From an uncultured Bacilli bacterium (lineage in GTDB: Bacteria > Bacillota_I > Bacilli_A > RFN20 > CAG-826): a DNA stretch of 64,000 bases. The stretch spans positions 3,485 through 67,484 of the forward strand of contig CAJOML010000002.1 of the NCBI GenBank assembly GCA_905235705.1, in the 5' to 3' direction. The position numbers and the translations under genes were made by a program. Shown piece by piece: positions 35,500 through 44,193 of the stretch (position 1 is the stretch's first letter; each line of letters opens with the position of its first letter). The notes below the pieces were generated by a model. That model worked only from the letters and a program-made list of their open reading frames with translations. It searched no databases and had not been told where the DNA came from.

Positions 35500-37084
35500 T
35501 CGCGGACGTTATTGGTTATTGAAACTGCGCGAAGCCACTTTTTCGGCCCTTCCTATCGCCCTTGTCATCGTTATTTTCTTCCTTGTCACCCGTTTCGCCC
35601 TACCTGCCGATACGTTCACCGACGCTTCGGGGAATAGCTATGCTTTAGGCGATTCCACCATGATTGGCTTTAGTATCGCCGTCATCATGATTGTCTTTGG
35701 GATGACCTTATTTAATGCCGGTACCGAAGAATCGATGGCCGAAGTAGGAAAAATTATCGGTGGTTCATTAGTTAAGAAGAAAAATTTCTTCTTTGTTCTT
35801 GCGATGACCTTTATCTTGGGGGTCTTAGTCACGATTGCCGAACCGGATTTGACTGTCCTATCTAGTCAAATCGGCCTTCCCTCTATGGTCATCATTATTA
35901 GCATTGGCGTAGGTGTAGGTCTTTTCCTCGTTATCGGGGTTATTCGTATCTCACTTAAGCAGGACCTGCGTTTAATGTTCCTCGCTTTCTATGCATTGGC
36001 ATTCACCCTAATTTACCTTGTCGATCCACGTTTCCTGCCAGTTTGTTTTGATTCTGGCGGCGTCACGACCGGACCAGTTACCGTTCCTTTCCTTCTTGGC
36101 TTTGGTTTAGGGCTTTCCGCCTCGCGTAAAAGCGGGCGAGGAGGAGATGATTCCTTCGGCTTGACCGCTTTATGCTCAATCGGCCCGATTTTGGCTGTGA
36201 TTATCATTTCTTTGATTATGAGAGCCACCGGAACTGGACTCCCGGCCGCTTATCCGCTAGAAGTGCCAGACGCCAATAATTTATGGGGCAATTTGTGGTC
36301 CGCAACGAAAGTTAACCTATTTGATGTGGCTTTGTCTATCGGTCCATTGCTGGTTTTCTTCATTATCTACGAGTTGATTTTCATTCGCTTAAGCTGGAAA
36401 GCCATTGCCCGCATCATCATCGGCATGTTCATTACTTATGTTGGGCTCGTTTTGTTCCTTTCTGCCGTCACGTGGGGCTTTTTGCCGGTCGCCCAAACGG
36501 TTGGCTTTATGCTTGGAAGCCAGACAAATTTCCATTATTGGGCGATGGGTATAGGTGCCTTATTTGGAATATTTGGGGTTTTAGCCGAGCCGGCCATCCA
36601 CGTTTTAATCGAACAAATCGAAACCGTGTCTCAAGGAAGTATCAAAAAAGGCAAGGTCTTGATGGTATTGGCTATTTCCAATGGATTTGCCGTTTTCATG
36701 CATGTCGTGCGTGCGCATTTTGGCTTCCCCATCGTCTATTATTTGATTCCTGGATACATCCTTGCCTTTATTTTGGCTTTCCTCGTACCGAAGATTTATA
36801 CCGCGATGGCGTTTGATTCCGGTGGAGTTGCTTCGGGACCAATGACATCGACTTTCGTCTTGCCTTTCTGCATTGGCTTAGCGGTTTCGATGGGGGCTGA
36901 CGTCTATTTATATGGCTTTGGTTTGGTGGCGATGGTGGCGATGATGCCATTGATCGTCATCCAAGGTATGGGCTTAAGCGCCGTCTTAAAACAAAGGCAC
37001 GCCCTTACTAAAGCCAGAAAACGTTTGGTTGAAGAAAACGATGACCAAGTTATCCACTTTAATGTTGAGGAGGTGCAGTTATGA
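35489..37084 (+). CDS. Internally duplicated (fused) DUF1538-family polytopic membrane protein, putative transporter
   Basis: Start at MDINRGRYW (35489), after AAGGAGG. The two halves share the motifs AEPDLTVL / AEPAIHVL and FDSGGVTTGPVTVPF / FDSGGVASGPMTSTF. About 12 or more hydrophobic segments. Confidence 0.7.
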   Translation: MDINRGRYWLLKLREATFSALPIALVIVIFFLVTRFALPADTFTDASGNSYALGDSTMIGFSIAVIMIVFGMTLFNAGTEESMAEVGKIIGGSLVKKKNFFFVLAMTFILGVLVTIAEPDLTVLSSQIGLPSMVIIISIGVGVGLFLVIGVIRISLKQDLRLMFLAFYALAFTLIYLVDPRFLPVCFDSGGVTTGPVTVPFLLGFGLGLSASRKSGRGGDDSFGLTALCSIGPILAVIIISLIMRATGTGLPAAYPLEVPDANNLWGNLWSATKVNLFDVALSIGPLLVFFIIYELIFIRLSWKAIARIIIGMFITYVGLVLFLSAVTWGFLPVAQTVGFMLGSQTNFHYWAMGIGALFGIFGVLAEPAIHVLIEQIETVSQGSIKKGKVLMVLAISNGFAVFMHVVRAHFGFPIVYYLIPGYILAFILAFLVPKIYTAMAFDSGGVASGPMTSTFVLPFCIGLAVSMGADVYLYGFGLVAMVAMMPLIVIQGMGLSAVLKQRHALTKARKRLVEENDDQVIHFNVEEVQL

Positions 37085-37512
37085 ACGAAAAAGATTACGT
37101 TCCTTTTGAACGAACCCACCGTTTACGCCCCTTATATTTGGTGATCGCGGTTGTCGGTAGAGGCCAAGGAGACGCTATCTCAGGATTATTCTTAAATCAC
37201 GAGGCTTATTTCTCCGTCATCCACAAAGGAACGGGGACGGCTCCACGGGATTTCTACGCTTTCCCTGGGGCTGCCGTACCAAAAAAAGACGTCGTCTTCT
37301 CTATCATCAAGCAAGATAAATGGCCGATTTTACGAAACATCTTAAAGGAACGCTTTGCCATCTCCAAAGTCTCTTCTGGGGTTTGCTCCGTCATCCCCAT
37401 AGATGCCATCTCAGGCGTCTCGATATATAAGATGCTAAGCAATACCAGGCAGTTTGAAAAACCTGTCAACAAATACCCACGAGCCAAAAAGGAGGCCAAA
37501 AAGCATGAATAA
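37081..37512 (+). CDS. Divergent PII-like (GlnB-superfamily) protein, paralogue A
   Basis: 143 aa; ATGA overlap with DUF1538. The beta-alpha-beta-loop-beta-alpha-beta pattern (LYLVIAVVGRG..., SVIHKGTGTA, VVFSIIKQD, GVCSVIPIDAISGV) is co-linear with the next ORF. Confidence 0.5.
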   Translation: MNEKDYVPFERTHRLRPLYLVIAVVGRGQGDAISGLFLNHEAYFSVIHKGTGTAPRDFYAFPGAAVPKKDVVFSIIKQDKWPILRNILKERFAISKVSSGVCSVIPIDAISGVSIYKMLSNTRQFEKPVNKYPRAKKEAKKHE

Positions 37513-37828
37513 CCAATACGAATCCATCTTCTGCATTGTCAATAAAGGCTATACCGACCTCGTAATGGAGTCGGCCCGTTCGGCCGGAGCCCGGGGTGGC
37601 ACCGTTTTGAGCGGACGTGGCACCGGAAATAACGATTCCGAACAATTTTTCGGCGTTGTCGTTACGCCCGAGAAAGAAATCGTCATGATTCTTGTCGAAC
37701 AAGGAATTAGAGACGCTGTCTTAAATGCCGTCAACAAAGGGGCTGGTATGGACACCAAAGGCATGGGAATCGCCTTCTCTATCCCCGTTAGCGACGTTGT
37801 TGGAATCCCCGGAGTGGAAACGAAATAA
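37505..37828 (+). CDS. PII-family signal-transduction protein, paralogue B
   Basis: Start at MNNQYES (37505), an 8-nt overlap (ATGAATAA). SIFCIVNKGYTDLVMESARSAGARGGTVLSGRGTGNND...EIVMILVEQ...GMGIAFSIPVSDVVGI fits the PII fold with a T-loop-like insert. Confidence 0.65.
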   Translation: MNNQYESIFCIVNKGYTDLVMESARSAGARGGTVLSGRGTGNNDSEQFFGVVVTPEKEIVMILVEQGIRDAVLNAVNKGAGMDTKGMGIAFSIPVSDVVGIPGVETK

Positions 37829-37831
37829 AAA

Positions 37832-40800
37832 ATGGCTGAACTAAGAGAATTTGCAAATCGGAAGACCCCATCGCAATGGATGAGAGCCCATATGGGCTTC
37901 CTTTTCAATCCGATGAGCACTTTCTATTTCGGCGTTTTTACTATCCTCCTTTCCATGCTTTGGATGGGGTATGCTCTTATCACCAACGAATTCACGCAAC
38001 TTCTAAATTGGGACTACACTTGGCAGTTCGTCCCCTTTTCCTACGATTATTACGATGCCTGGCATACTTTCTTTAGCACCGGGCATTTCCCTTTATATGA
38101 CGGCGGCGTTTTCTTAGGAACCGATATGATCGGGTCGGGCTCGTATTATGGGTTATTCGATCCTTTTATCATCGCCATGGGAATTTTCCCGAGGAACTGG
38201 ATCCCGAACGTGTACGCGGTGATGACCTTCTTCCGCTTCGCCGTCAGCGCCCTTCTAATGCGAAGCTATTTGAAGTATCTTGGCTGCAAAGAATGGACGG
38301 CCCGTATCGGGGCAATCGCTTATGCTTTCTCCGGCTTTGCCACTTTCATGTCGGGGTTCCCCAACGTTTTGACCGCAACCGTTTATATCCCCATGATACT
38401 TTGGGGTATCGAGCGCGTTCTAAAAGAAGGAAAGCCAGGTGTTCTCATTTGGGGCGTTTTCTTGGAGGGCGTGACATCGTTTTTCTATCTTGTCGTCGCC
38501 TGTATATTCGGAACGATGTATGCCTTGTGGCGTTATTTCGTTCGTATTAAAACAAGAACGAAACAAGAGAATATCAAAGTCTTAACGATGGGCATTTGCG
38601 CTTTCGCCGTCGGTTTGATGCTTTGCGCCTTTACGTGGGTCCCTTCGGTGAGGGAATCCGCCTTATCTGGACGCGCCTCATCGATTGGCTCGGCTTACAT
38701 GCATTCAATCCTTAATTCTTTGAAGAGCCACGATTTCGCTGAATTCTTCTCGCTGATTTTTGAAGAAGTAGGCGATAATCCTGGCCGCGAATTGATGGGG
38801 GTTATATCTTTCTTCTTCCCCACCGGCGGATTTACCCGTCTCCCCTTAGCCAATAGCGGATATGATGCTTGGACGGCTGCCTTATTCTGCTACACGCCAA
38901 TCGTCATTTCCTTCTTCATGGCCGTTTTCCAATCCTTGATGAAACGGAAATGGAGCCATATTATCGCGATTTTGATTTGCACTTATTTCGTTTTAACGAA
39001 CCTCTCCTATTTCCTCTTCTACGCCTTCTCTGGCAACGGATATGGAAGGTGGTATATCGTCTTGGTGCCGGTTATTATCGCTTACGGCTGCTGGGGCTTC
39101 GATTTACGTCACGAAGGATCTCGCTTTATTCCTCTTGCGGCCTCGTTAGTGACTTTAGGCATGACGATTGTCGTCTTTTATTTAACCATCTCTTTGCTTG
39201 GCGGGAAGACATTTAACGGAACCGTTTATAACGTCCATAACACCACCTATTGGCAATCAACCTACCATACAGCCGATGAAGTATATGATGGTCTCCACAC
39301 GGCTTGGTATTTGTATTATCAAATCGCCATCATCGTTACCGAATCGATCGTTTTATTTATCGGTTATCGCAAAGAATGGATGCCTAAGGTTCTCTTTGGC
39401 TGCCTTGTTGCCGAAGTGATTGTCATGGGGAATTTGACCTACCCCTTTAACGGGCTTTGGAGCTATACGAATTCTTATGGGAATGGGGCTAATGCGGTCA
39501 ATAATTCAACGTCATTAAATATGACGATAAAAGCCCAGGATAATTCCTTCTATCGCGTCCATAATGATATGGAAAGAGGATCCTCTTATTTATTCAATAT
39601 TGCAGGTTATAACGCCGCAATCTCCTTTCATTCACTCATGAATTTCGAGGTTGAGGACTTCGCTTTTAATAACCAAATGAAGAATGTTGGCTCTACCAAT
39701 ACCACTTATGGTGGAACCACCACATACAACCCCAATTGGAGCGGCGCATACCGTCATAAACGCTTCGTGACCGACACCATTCTCAATTACCGTTATTACA
39801 TGGTAGAGAACAATTATTCCGGCTATAAGGACCCCCAAGGACAAGGTTATTTCTTCGAACCCAACGTTCCGTTTGGGGCGGTTGAAATCCCATCTAAACT
39901 AGACCGCAATAAATATCGCCTTTATAAAATGGAAGACGATGTCCTTCCTCAACTTGGCTATGCCGTCAAAGACGATTCCCTGTATTATCTTGGCCATGAT
40001 CCGGAGAAGGATTCCTATCTTTCTTCGTTCTATTCCAATTCCTCTTATACGCAGGCCTTCCGCGAAATGGAAAGAGCCCAGGAAGTCGAATTGACGGGGG
40101 CAATGCTCGAAGATAATTTCGACCTGGAAGGATTCAACATCAAAAAAGAAGTGCCTTCCGTCGATACCGATGAAAAGCTTGAAGAAAATTTTGGCTTATA
40201 TCGTTATTTCAACGGCCACGGCGTCAAAGTCAGGAAATACATCACCGGGTTAGCTAAAAACGATCTTTTGATTCCCGATTCTTCTGCTCCCTATGCAGGC
40301 GAAGGGCTTGCTTATTTCCTTAATCATTATGTCTCTATGGAAGACGTCGTCACGATTTCCAGCACCAGCGTAAAAAGAGACGTCGGGAAATTGGTCTTCC
40401 ATAATGATGATGGATATTTAAATGACGACCCACGCGGATGCTATTTTGATTTCCATTATTTTACCGATTCTAAAGATGCAGCCCCGCGCATTTATGCGAT
40501 TGGCGACAAGTTCGACGAAAAAGGCGAAAGAATCGAGACCAATGCAGTTCTTGGATTTGAAAATTACGCGGTTCAAGCGGCGATGAATTCTTCTTATTGG
40601 TCTAACAAAATGGCGACTTTCGGGTTATATGCCAGGGGCAAAGTCAAATATTTAGTCCTTTGCTACCCCGGCAATGGGGATATGACGGTTTCAATGTCGA
40701 ATGTCTTCTTTACCAAAAAGGAATACAGCGAAATCGAAGACACGTACACTTATTTACAAGAAAATAAACTGCTCAATGTTAAAACTGACGTGAACACGTT

Positions 40801-41125
40801 TACCTTTGATACGGATTACGAAAAAGACCGCGTTGTCGTGACGACTTTGGGCTTTGATAAAGGGTGGGAAGGCACCGTCTATCTGCCAAATGGCAAAACG
40901 GAGCCATTAAAGACATTTAAAGTCGATGGCGGCCTTGTTGGCTTCCTTGCTCGTGGCGAAACTGACCAAACCTATCATTATGAGCTTCGTTATAAGACGC
41001 CCTATTCCAATCTTTCTGTCGCTGCTTGGGTGGTAGGCACCCTCACCTTTGGCGGATATTTGGCCTGCGCCTTTGTAATGGATGTCAGGAAAAAGAAAAG
41101 GGAACTTGAAGCTCCCCTTGCTTAA
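37832..41125 (+). CDS. YfhO-family (GT-C fold) large membrane glycosyltransferase-like protein
   Basis: 1097 aa, starting 3 nt after the PII gene. The N-terminal block WDYTWQFVPFSYDYYDAWHTFFSTGHFPLYDGGVFLGTDMIGSGSYYGLFDPF resembles the YfhO signature. Has 12 or more TM segments, a ~500-aa extracytoplasmic domain and a C-terminal TM. Confidence 0.6.
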   Translation: MAELREFANRKTPSQWMRAHMGFLFNPMSTFYFGVFTILLSMLWMGYALITNEFTQLLNWDYTWQFVPFSYDYYDAWHTFFSTGHFPLYDGGVFLGTDMIGSGSYYGLFDPFIIAMGIFPRNWIPNVYAVMTFFRFAVSALLMRSYLKYLGCKEWTARIGAIAYAFSGFATFMSGFPNVLTATVYIPMILWGIERVLKEGKPGVLIWGVFLEGVTSFFYLVVACIFGTMYALWRYFVRIKTRTKQENIKVLTMGICAFAVGLMLCAFTWVPSVRESALSGRASSIGSAYMHSILNSLKSHDFAEFFSLIFEEVGDNPGRELMGVISFFFPTGGFTRLPLANSGYDAWTAALFCYTPIVISFFMAVFQSLMKRKWSHIIAILICTYFVLTNLSYFLFYAFSGNGYGRWYIVLVPVIIAYGCWGFDLRHEGSRFIPLAASLVTLGMTIVVFYLTISLLGGKTFNGTVYNVHNTTYWQSTYHTADEVYDGLHTAWYLYYQIAIIVTESIVLFIGYRKEWMPKVLFGCLVAEVIVMGNLTYPFNGLWSYTNSYGNGANAVNNSTSLNMTIKAQDNSFYRVHNDMERGSSYLFNIAGYNAAISFHSLMNFEVEDFAFNNQMKNVGSTNTTYGGTTTYNPNWSGAYRHKRFVTDTILNYRYYMVENNYSGYKDPQGQGYFFEPNVPFGAVEIPSKLDRNKYRLYKMEDDVLPQLGYAVKDDSLYYLGHDPEKDSYLSSFYSNSSYTQAFREMERAQEVELTGAMLEDNFDLEGFNIKKEVPSVDTDEKLEENFGLYRYFNGHGVKVRKYITGLAKNDLLIPDSSAPYAGEGLAYFLNHYVSMEDVVTISSTSVKRDVGKLVFHNDDGYLNDDPRGCYFDFHYFTDSKDAAPRIYAIGDKFDEKGERIETNAVLGFENYAVQAAMNSSYWSNKMATFGLYARGKVKYLVLCYPGNGDMTVSMSNVFFTKKEYSEIEDTYTYLQENKLLNVKTDVNTFTFDTDYEKDRVVVTTLGFDKGWEGTVYLPNGKTEPLKTFKVDGGLVGFLARGETDQTYHYELRYKTPYSNLSVAAWVVGTLTFGGYLACAFVMDVRKKKRELEAPLA

Positions 41126-41985
41126 TCGTTGTTTTTGAACGTTTTCAAATAAATATCGTAAACGCGGTTTTTGTTAACCCCAAGAGAGGAGGAAACATCG
41201 GCAATCGCCTCTTTGGAACGTTTGCCATATTCTAGTTGGTCTTTTAAGGCAAAGGCGATGGTCTGATCGTCGACTTCTTTCTTTTCTTGATTTCCTTCAA
41301 CGATGAGGACCATTTCCCCTTTCAAGGTGGCTTCGTCGAGAAGGGCGAGTTCGGCTAAACTTGCGCGGATAAATTCCTCGTGGAGTTTGGTTAACTCTCG
41401 TGCTAAGCAAGCCTGGCGGTCCCCTAAAACGGCAACCATCGTCATTAATGTTTTGCTAATGCGATGAGGCGCTTCATAAAAGATTAAAGTATCCGGATTT
41501 TTGATTAATTGTTGGAGTCTTGCGATTTTTTCGCTCTCTTTTGCTGACAAAAATCCCTCAAAATGGAAATGGTTTGTGGGGAGCCCCGAGGCCACTAATG
41601 CATTTAAAAATGCGCTAGGACCGGAAATCGAGGTTGCCTTGATTCCTTCCTTTAGGCAACGTTTGACAAGGCGTTCGCCAGGGTCAGAAATGCCAGGATA
41701 TCCAGCATCTGACATATAAGCCACCTTTTTGCCTTCATGGAGTAGAGCGATGATTTTATTCGCCGCTTCTTCTTCGTTATGTTCGTGACAAGAAATGGTG
41801 GGTTTTTTAATTCCGAAATGGGTAAGCAAAGACGAGGTGTTCCTCGTGTCCTCGCAAGCGACAAAATCCATTTCATTAATGATTTCGATGGCGCGAGGAG
41901 GGAATTCCGAAAGATTGCCGATGGGGGTTGGGATAAGGTATAGAATCGGCGGGGATCCTTCGAAATTGAGTTCGCGGTTTATCAT
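41122..41985 (-). CDS. rsmI: 16S rRNA (cytidine1402-2'-O)-methyltransferase
   Basis: 287 aa. LYLIPTPIGNL..., CEDTRNTSSLL and SDAGYPGISDPG are tetrapyrrole-methylase-fold RsmI motifs. Confidence 0.9.
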   Translation of the reverse strand: MINRELNFEGSPPILYLIPTPIGNLSEFPPRAIEIINEMDFVACEDTRNTSSLLTHFGIKKPTISCHEHNEEEAANKIIALLHEGKKVAYMSDAGYPGISDPGERLVKRCLKEGIKATSISGPSAFLNALVASGLPTNHFHFEGFLSAKESEKIARLQQLIKNPDTLIFYEAPHRISKTLMTMVAVLGDRQACLARELTKLHEEFIRASLAELALLDEATLKGEMVLIVEGNQEKKEVDDQTIAFALKDQLEYGKRSKEAIADVSSSLGVNKNRVYDIYLKTFKNND

Positions 41986-43211
41986 TGTTCGTTATTCCCG
42001 TTTCCGCCTCTATTGTTCCGACGGGGGCGGTGGTGGCGGTGGTTATTGTTGCGATTTTGGCGATTTTCTTGGTCTTGCTTCCCTTGCTTGGGGTTGTTTT
42101 GGCCTTTTTGAGGTTGTTGATTCTGGTTTTTGGGCTGCTTTTTGCGATTTTCCTGACGTTGGTCGCGGTTAGGTTTATCGTGATGACGATTACGGCGATT
42201 ATTGGAGGCACGTTTGTCTTCTTTTTCTTCGGCAGGAGCAACGTGGACATATTGGCCTTTGTCGTATTTAGAAGGATTCATACCTCCATAAGAGGCGTCA
42301 CGGCCCGAATTGCTCTTCGACGAGATATCAAACGAAGGTAACTCGTCGCGAATGGACTCGCTTTCCTCTTTTTTGCGGTAGGTTCCATTCATCATTGCCT
42401 TTACGTCGGTCAGCGGATAAGTCCTATAGTCAGTGTGGCCTTGATTTACCATACGAACGGTCTGGGAGATGATGTTCATGCCATCGACGGTATAATCGCC
42501 GTCGGGCGTATGAACGACCGTTCCAAAGGCAGGGAAATTATGTTTTTCTTGGGTGTAATATTCGTCTTCAAAGGCGAGACAGCATAAATATTTGCCGCAA
42601 TGGCCAGATAATTTAGCTGTATTGATGGCTAGCATTTGGTTCTTGGCCATATGGATGGAGATACCATCAAATTGAGTAAGGAAAGTGGAGCAGCAAAGGG
42701 GGAGTCCGCAAATGCCGATGCCACCGATATATTTTGCTTTATCTCTAGCCGCCATTTGGAACAATTCAAGCCTAGCGCCGAGTTGAGGGGCTAAAACACG
42801 AAGCAATTCTCTAAAATCAACGCGTTTTTCGGTGGAGGTGTAGTTAATTGTTACCCTTGAGCCATCGAGGTTGTAATAAGCGGAAACGAGGTTCATCGCC
42901 AGTCCTAAGCGATCGATTTCGCGTTGAGCGATTTCAAGGGTTTTTTTGGCGTTGCGAAGGTTGATTTCGTGGTTGGTAAGGTCGACATCGTCGGCTTTGC
43001 GGGTGATTGGCTTCAGCTTTAATCCGTTATGGTAGTCCTTTTGGTCCATAACAGGGGTAGAAACGGTGGCGATTTCGCTTCCGGAAGGGGTATCGACGAC
43101 GACAAGATCGCCGATTTTGAGATCGGTGATGTCTGTCGAAAAATAATAAGATTTTTCGCTTGTTGGAAAGCGGATGCCGACAAAATATAAGCCTGTTTCT
43201 GGTTTATCCAT
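41982..43211 (-). CDS. ricT: PSP1-domain protein RicT/YaaT with ~130-aa basic Q/N/R/K-rich C-terminal extension
   Basis: 409 aa. PSP1 core with the Cys clusters GICGLPLCCSTF and GHCGKYLCCLAF. holB-ricT-rsmI synteny. The tail is ...NNRRNRHHDKPNRDQRQENRKKQPKNQNQQPQKGQNNPKQGKQDQENRQNRNNNHRHHRPRRNNRGGNGNNEQ. Confidence 0.85.
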   Translation of the reverse strand: MDKPETGLYFVGIRFPTSEKSYYFSTDITDLKIGDLVVVDTPSGSEIATVSTPVMDQKDYHNGLKLKPITRKADDVDLTNHEINLRNAKKTLEIAQREIDRLGLAMNLVSAYYNLDGSRVTINYTSTEKRVDFRELLRVLAPQLGARLELFQMAARDKAKYIGGIGICGLPLCCSTFLTQFDGISIHMAKNQMLAINTAKLSGHCGKYLCCLAFEDEYYTQEKHNFPAFGTVVHTPDGDYTVDGMNIISQTVRMVNQGHTDYRTYPLTDVKAMMNGTYRKKEESESIRDELPSFDISSKSNSGRDASYGGMNPSKYDKGQYVHVAPAEEKEDKRASNNRRNRHHDKPNRDQRQENRKKQPKNQNQQPQKGQNNPKQGKQDQENRQNRNNNHRHHRPRRNNRGGNGNNEQ

Positions 43212-43215
43212 TGGA

Positions 43216-44193
43216 TTACTCCTTGGTGAGGACGCTGACGAGGTGTGTGAGTAATAGCCCCGTGTTGATATTGGATTCGATTTCCCTCCGCAGCGTCATG
43301 GTTTGGAGGAGGGAGAGCTCGTGATGCGGCAGATTCTTGGCCGCTTCCTGGATAATTGTAACATAGGAGGGGAGCAATGGGGCTTGATTCGAATCTTGAC
43401 CGACGATGTCTTTGAAAGAAAGGGTCAAAAAATCGAAAAATAAGCGGGTCGTGGCTTTGTCAGCGCAAAGTTTGGCAATATCTTTTTGAAATACGAATCT
43501 TGCGTTGCTGGCATTATTTGCGAGCGAATCAAGGGCTTTTTGGAGAGCCTCTTTTGCGTTTTGATAGGAGGTTTCTTCTTTCTTTTTGCCGATGGAAAAT
43601 CCGTCGTTAAAGAAATATGAGAGCAATTCGGCATCTTCGGTAGGAACCCCGGCAGAAATAGCCTCCTCATAGCCGATTTGGCGTGAGGACATCCGTAAAC
43701 GAAGGATTTCGCAGCGCGATTTAATCGTTGGAAGCAATTTTTCTTCGTTTTGTGAGGTTAAAATCGCATAGGAATAAGGGGTTGGCTCTTCTAAGAACTT
43801 TAAGAGTGAGTTGGCGGCATCGGCGGTCATGTTTTCGGCCATATGGATGAAATAAACCATGATGCCTTTGTTTTCTAACGGAGTCTGATGGAAAGAGGCG
43901 ACTAAAGTTTCCACGTCCCCTTTCTTTATCGAGTTTTCGCTTCCGTCGATTTCCACCAAGTCAGGGTAGTCATTGACTTCGACGCGGTGACATAGGGTAC
44001 AATCTTCATCCGCGAGGGGGTGTGGATGATCGCATAAAATCGTCTTAGCCAAAAACCTTCCCATTTCTTTTAACGGAGTGCCAGATTCGCCTAGAACCAA
44101 ATATGCATGGGAAAGACGGGCGCCTTCCGAAGCGTTGCATAGGGTCTGGTAAATAACCGGCTGTCTGGTTTTTAAATAAGTTTCAAATTTCAT
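43216..44193 (-). CDS. holB: DNA polymerase III delta' subunit
   Basis: 325 aa. RLSHAYLVLGESGTPL (degenerate Walker A typical of delta'), a Cys zinc module (CDHPHPLADEDCTLCHRV) and tmk-holB synteny. Confidence 0.85.
   Translation of the reverse strand: MKFETYLKTRQPVIYQTLCNASEGARLSHAYLVLGESGTPLKEMGRFLAKTILCDHPHPLADEDCTLCHRVEVNDYPDLVEIDGSENSIKKGDVETLVASFHQTPLENKGIMVYFIHMAENMTADAANSLLKFLEEPTPYSYAILTSQNEEKLLPTIKSRCEILRLRMSSRQIGYEEAISAGVPTEDAELLSYFFNDGFSIGKKKEETSYQNAKEALQKALDSLANNASNARFVFQKDIAKLCADKATTRLFFDFLTLSFKDIVGQDSNQAPLLPSYVTIIQEAAKNLPHHELSLLQTMTLRREIESNINTGLLLTHLVSVLTKE

Noticed and set aside
41795-42341. Plus-strand ORFs (125 aa and 118 aa) with G-rich or hydrophobic repeats
   Set aside because: They mirror the repetitive Q/N/R-rich tail of ricT and the 5' end of rsmI on the minus strand. 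They are artefacts of low-complexity sequence.
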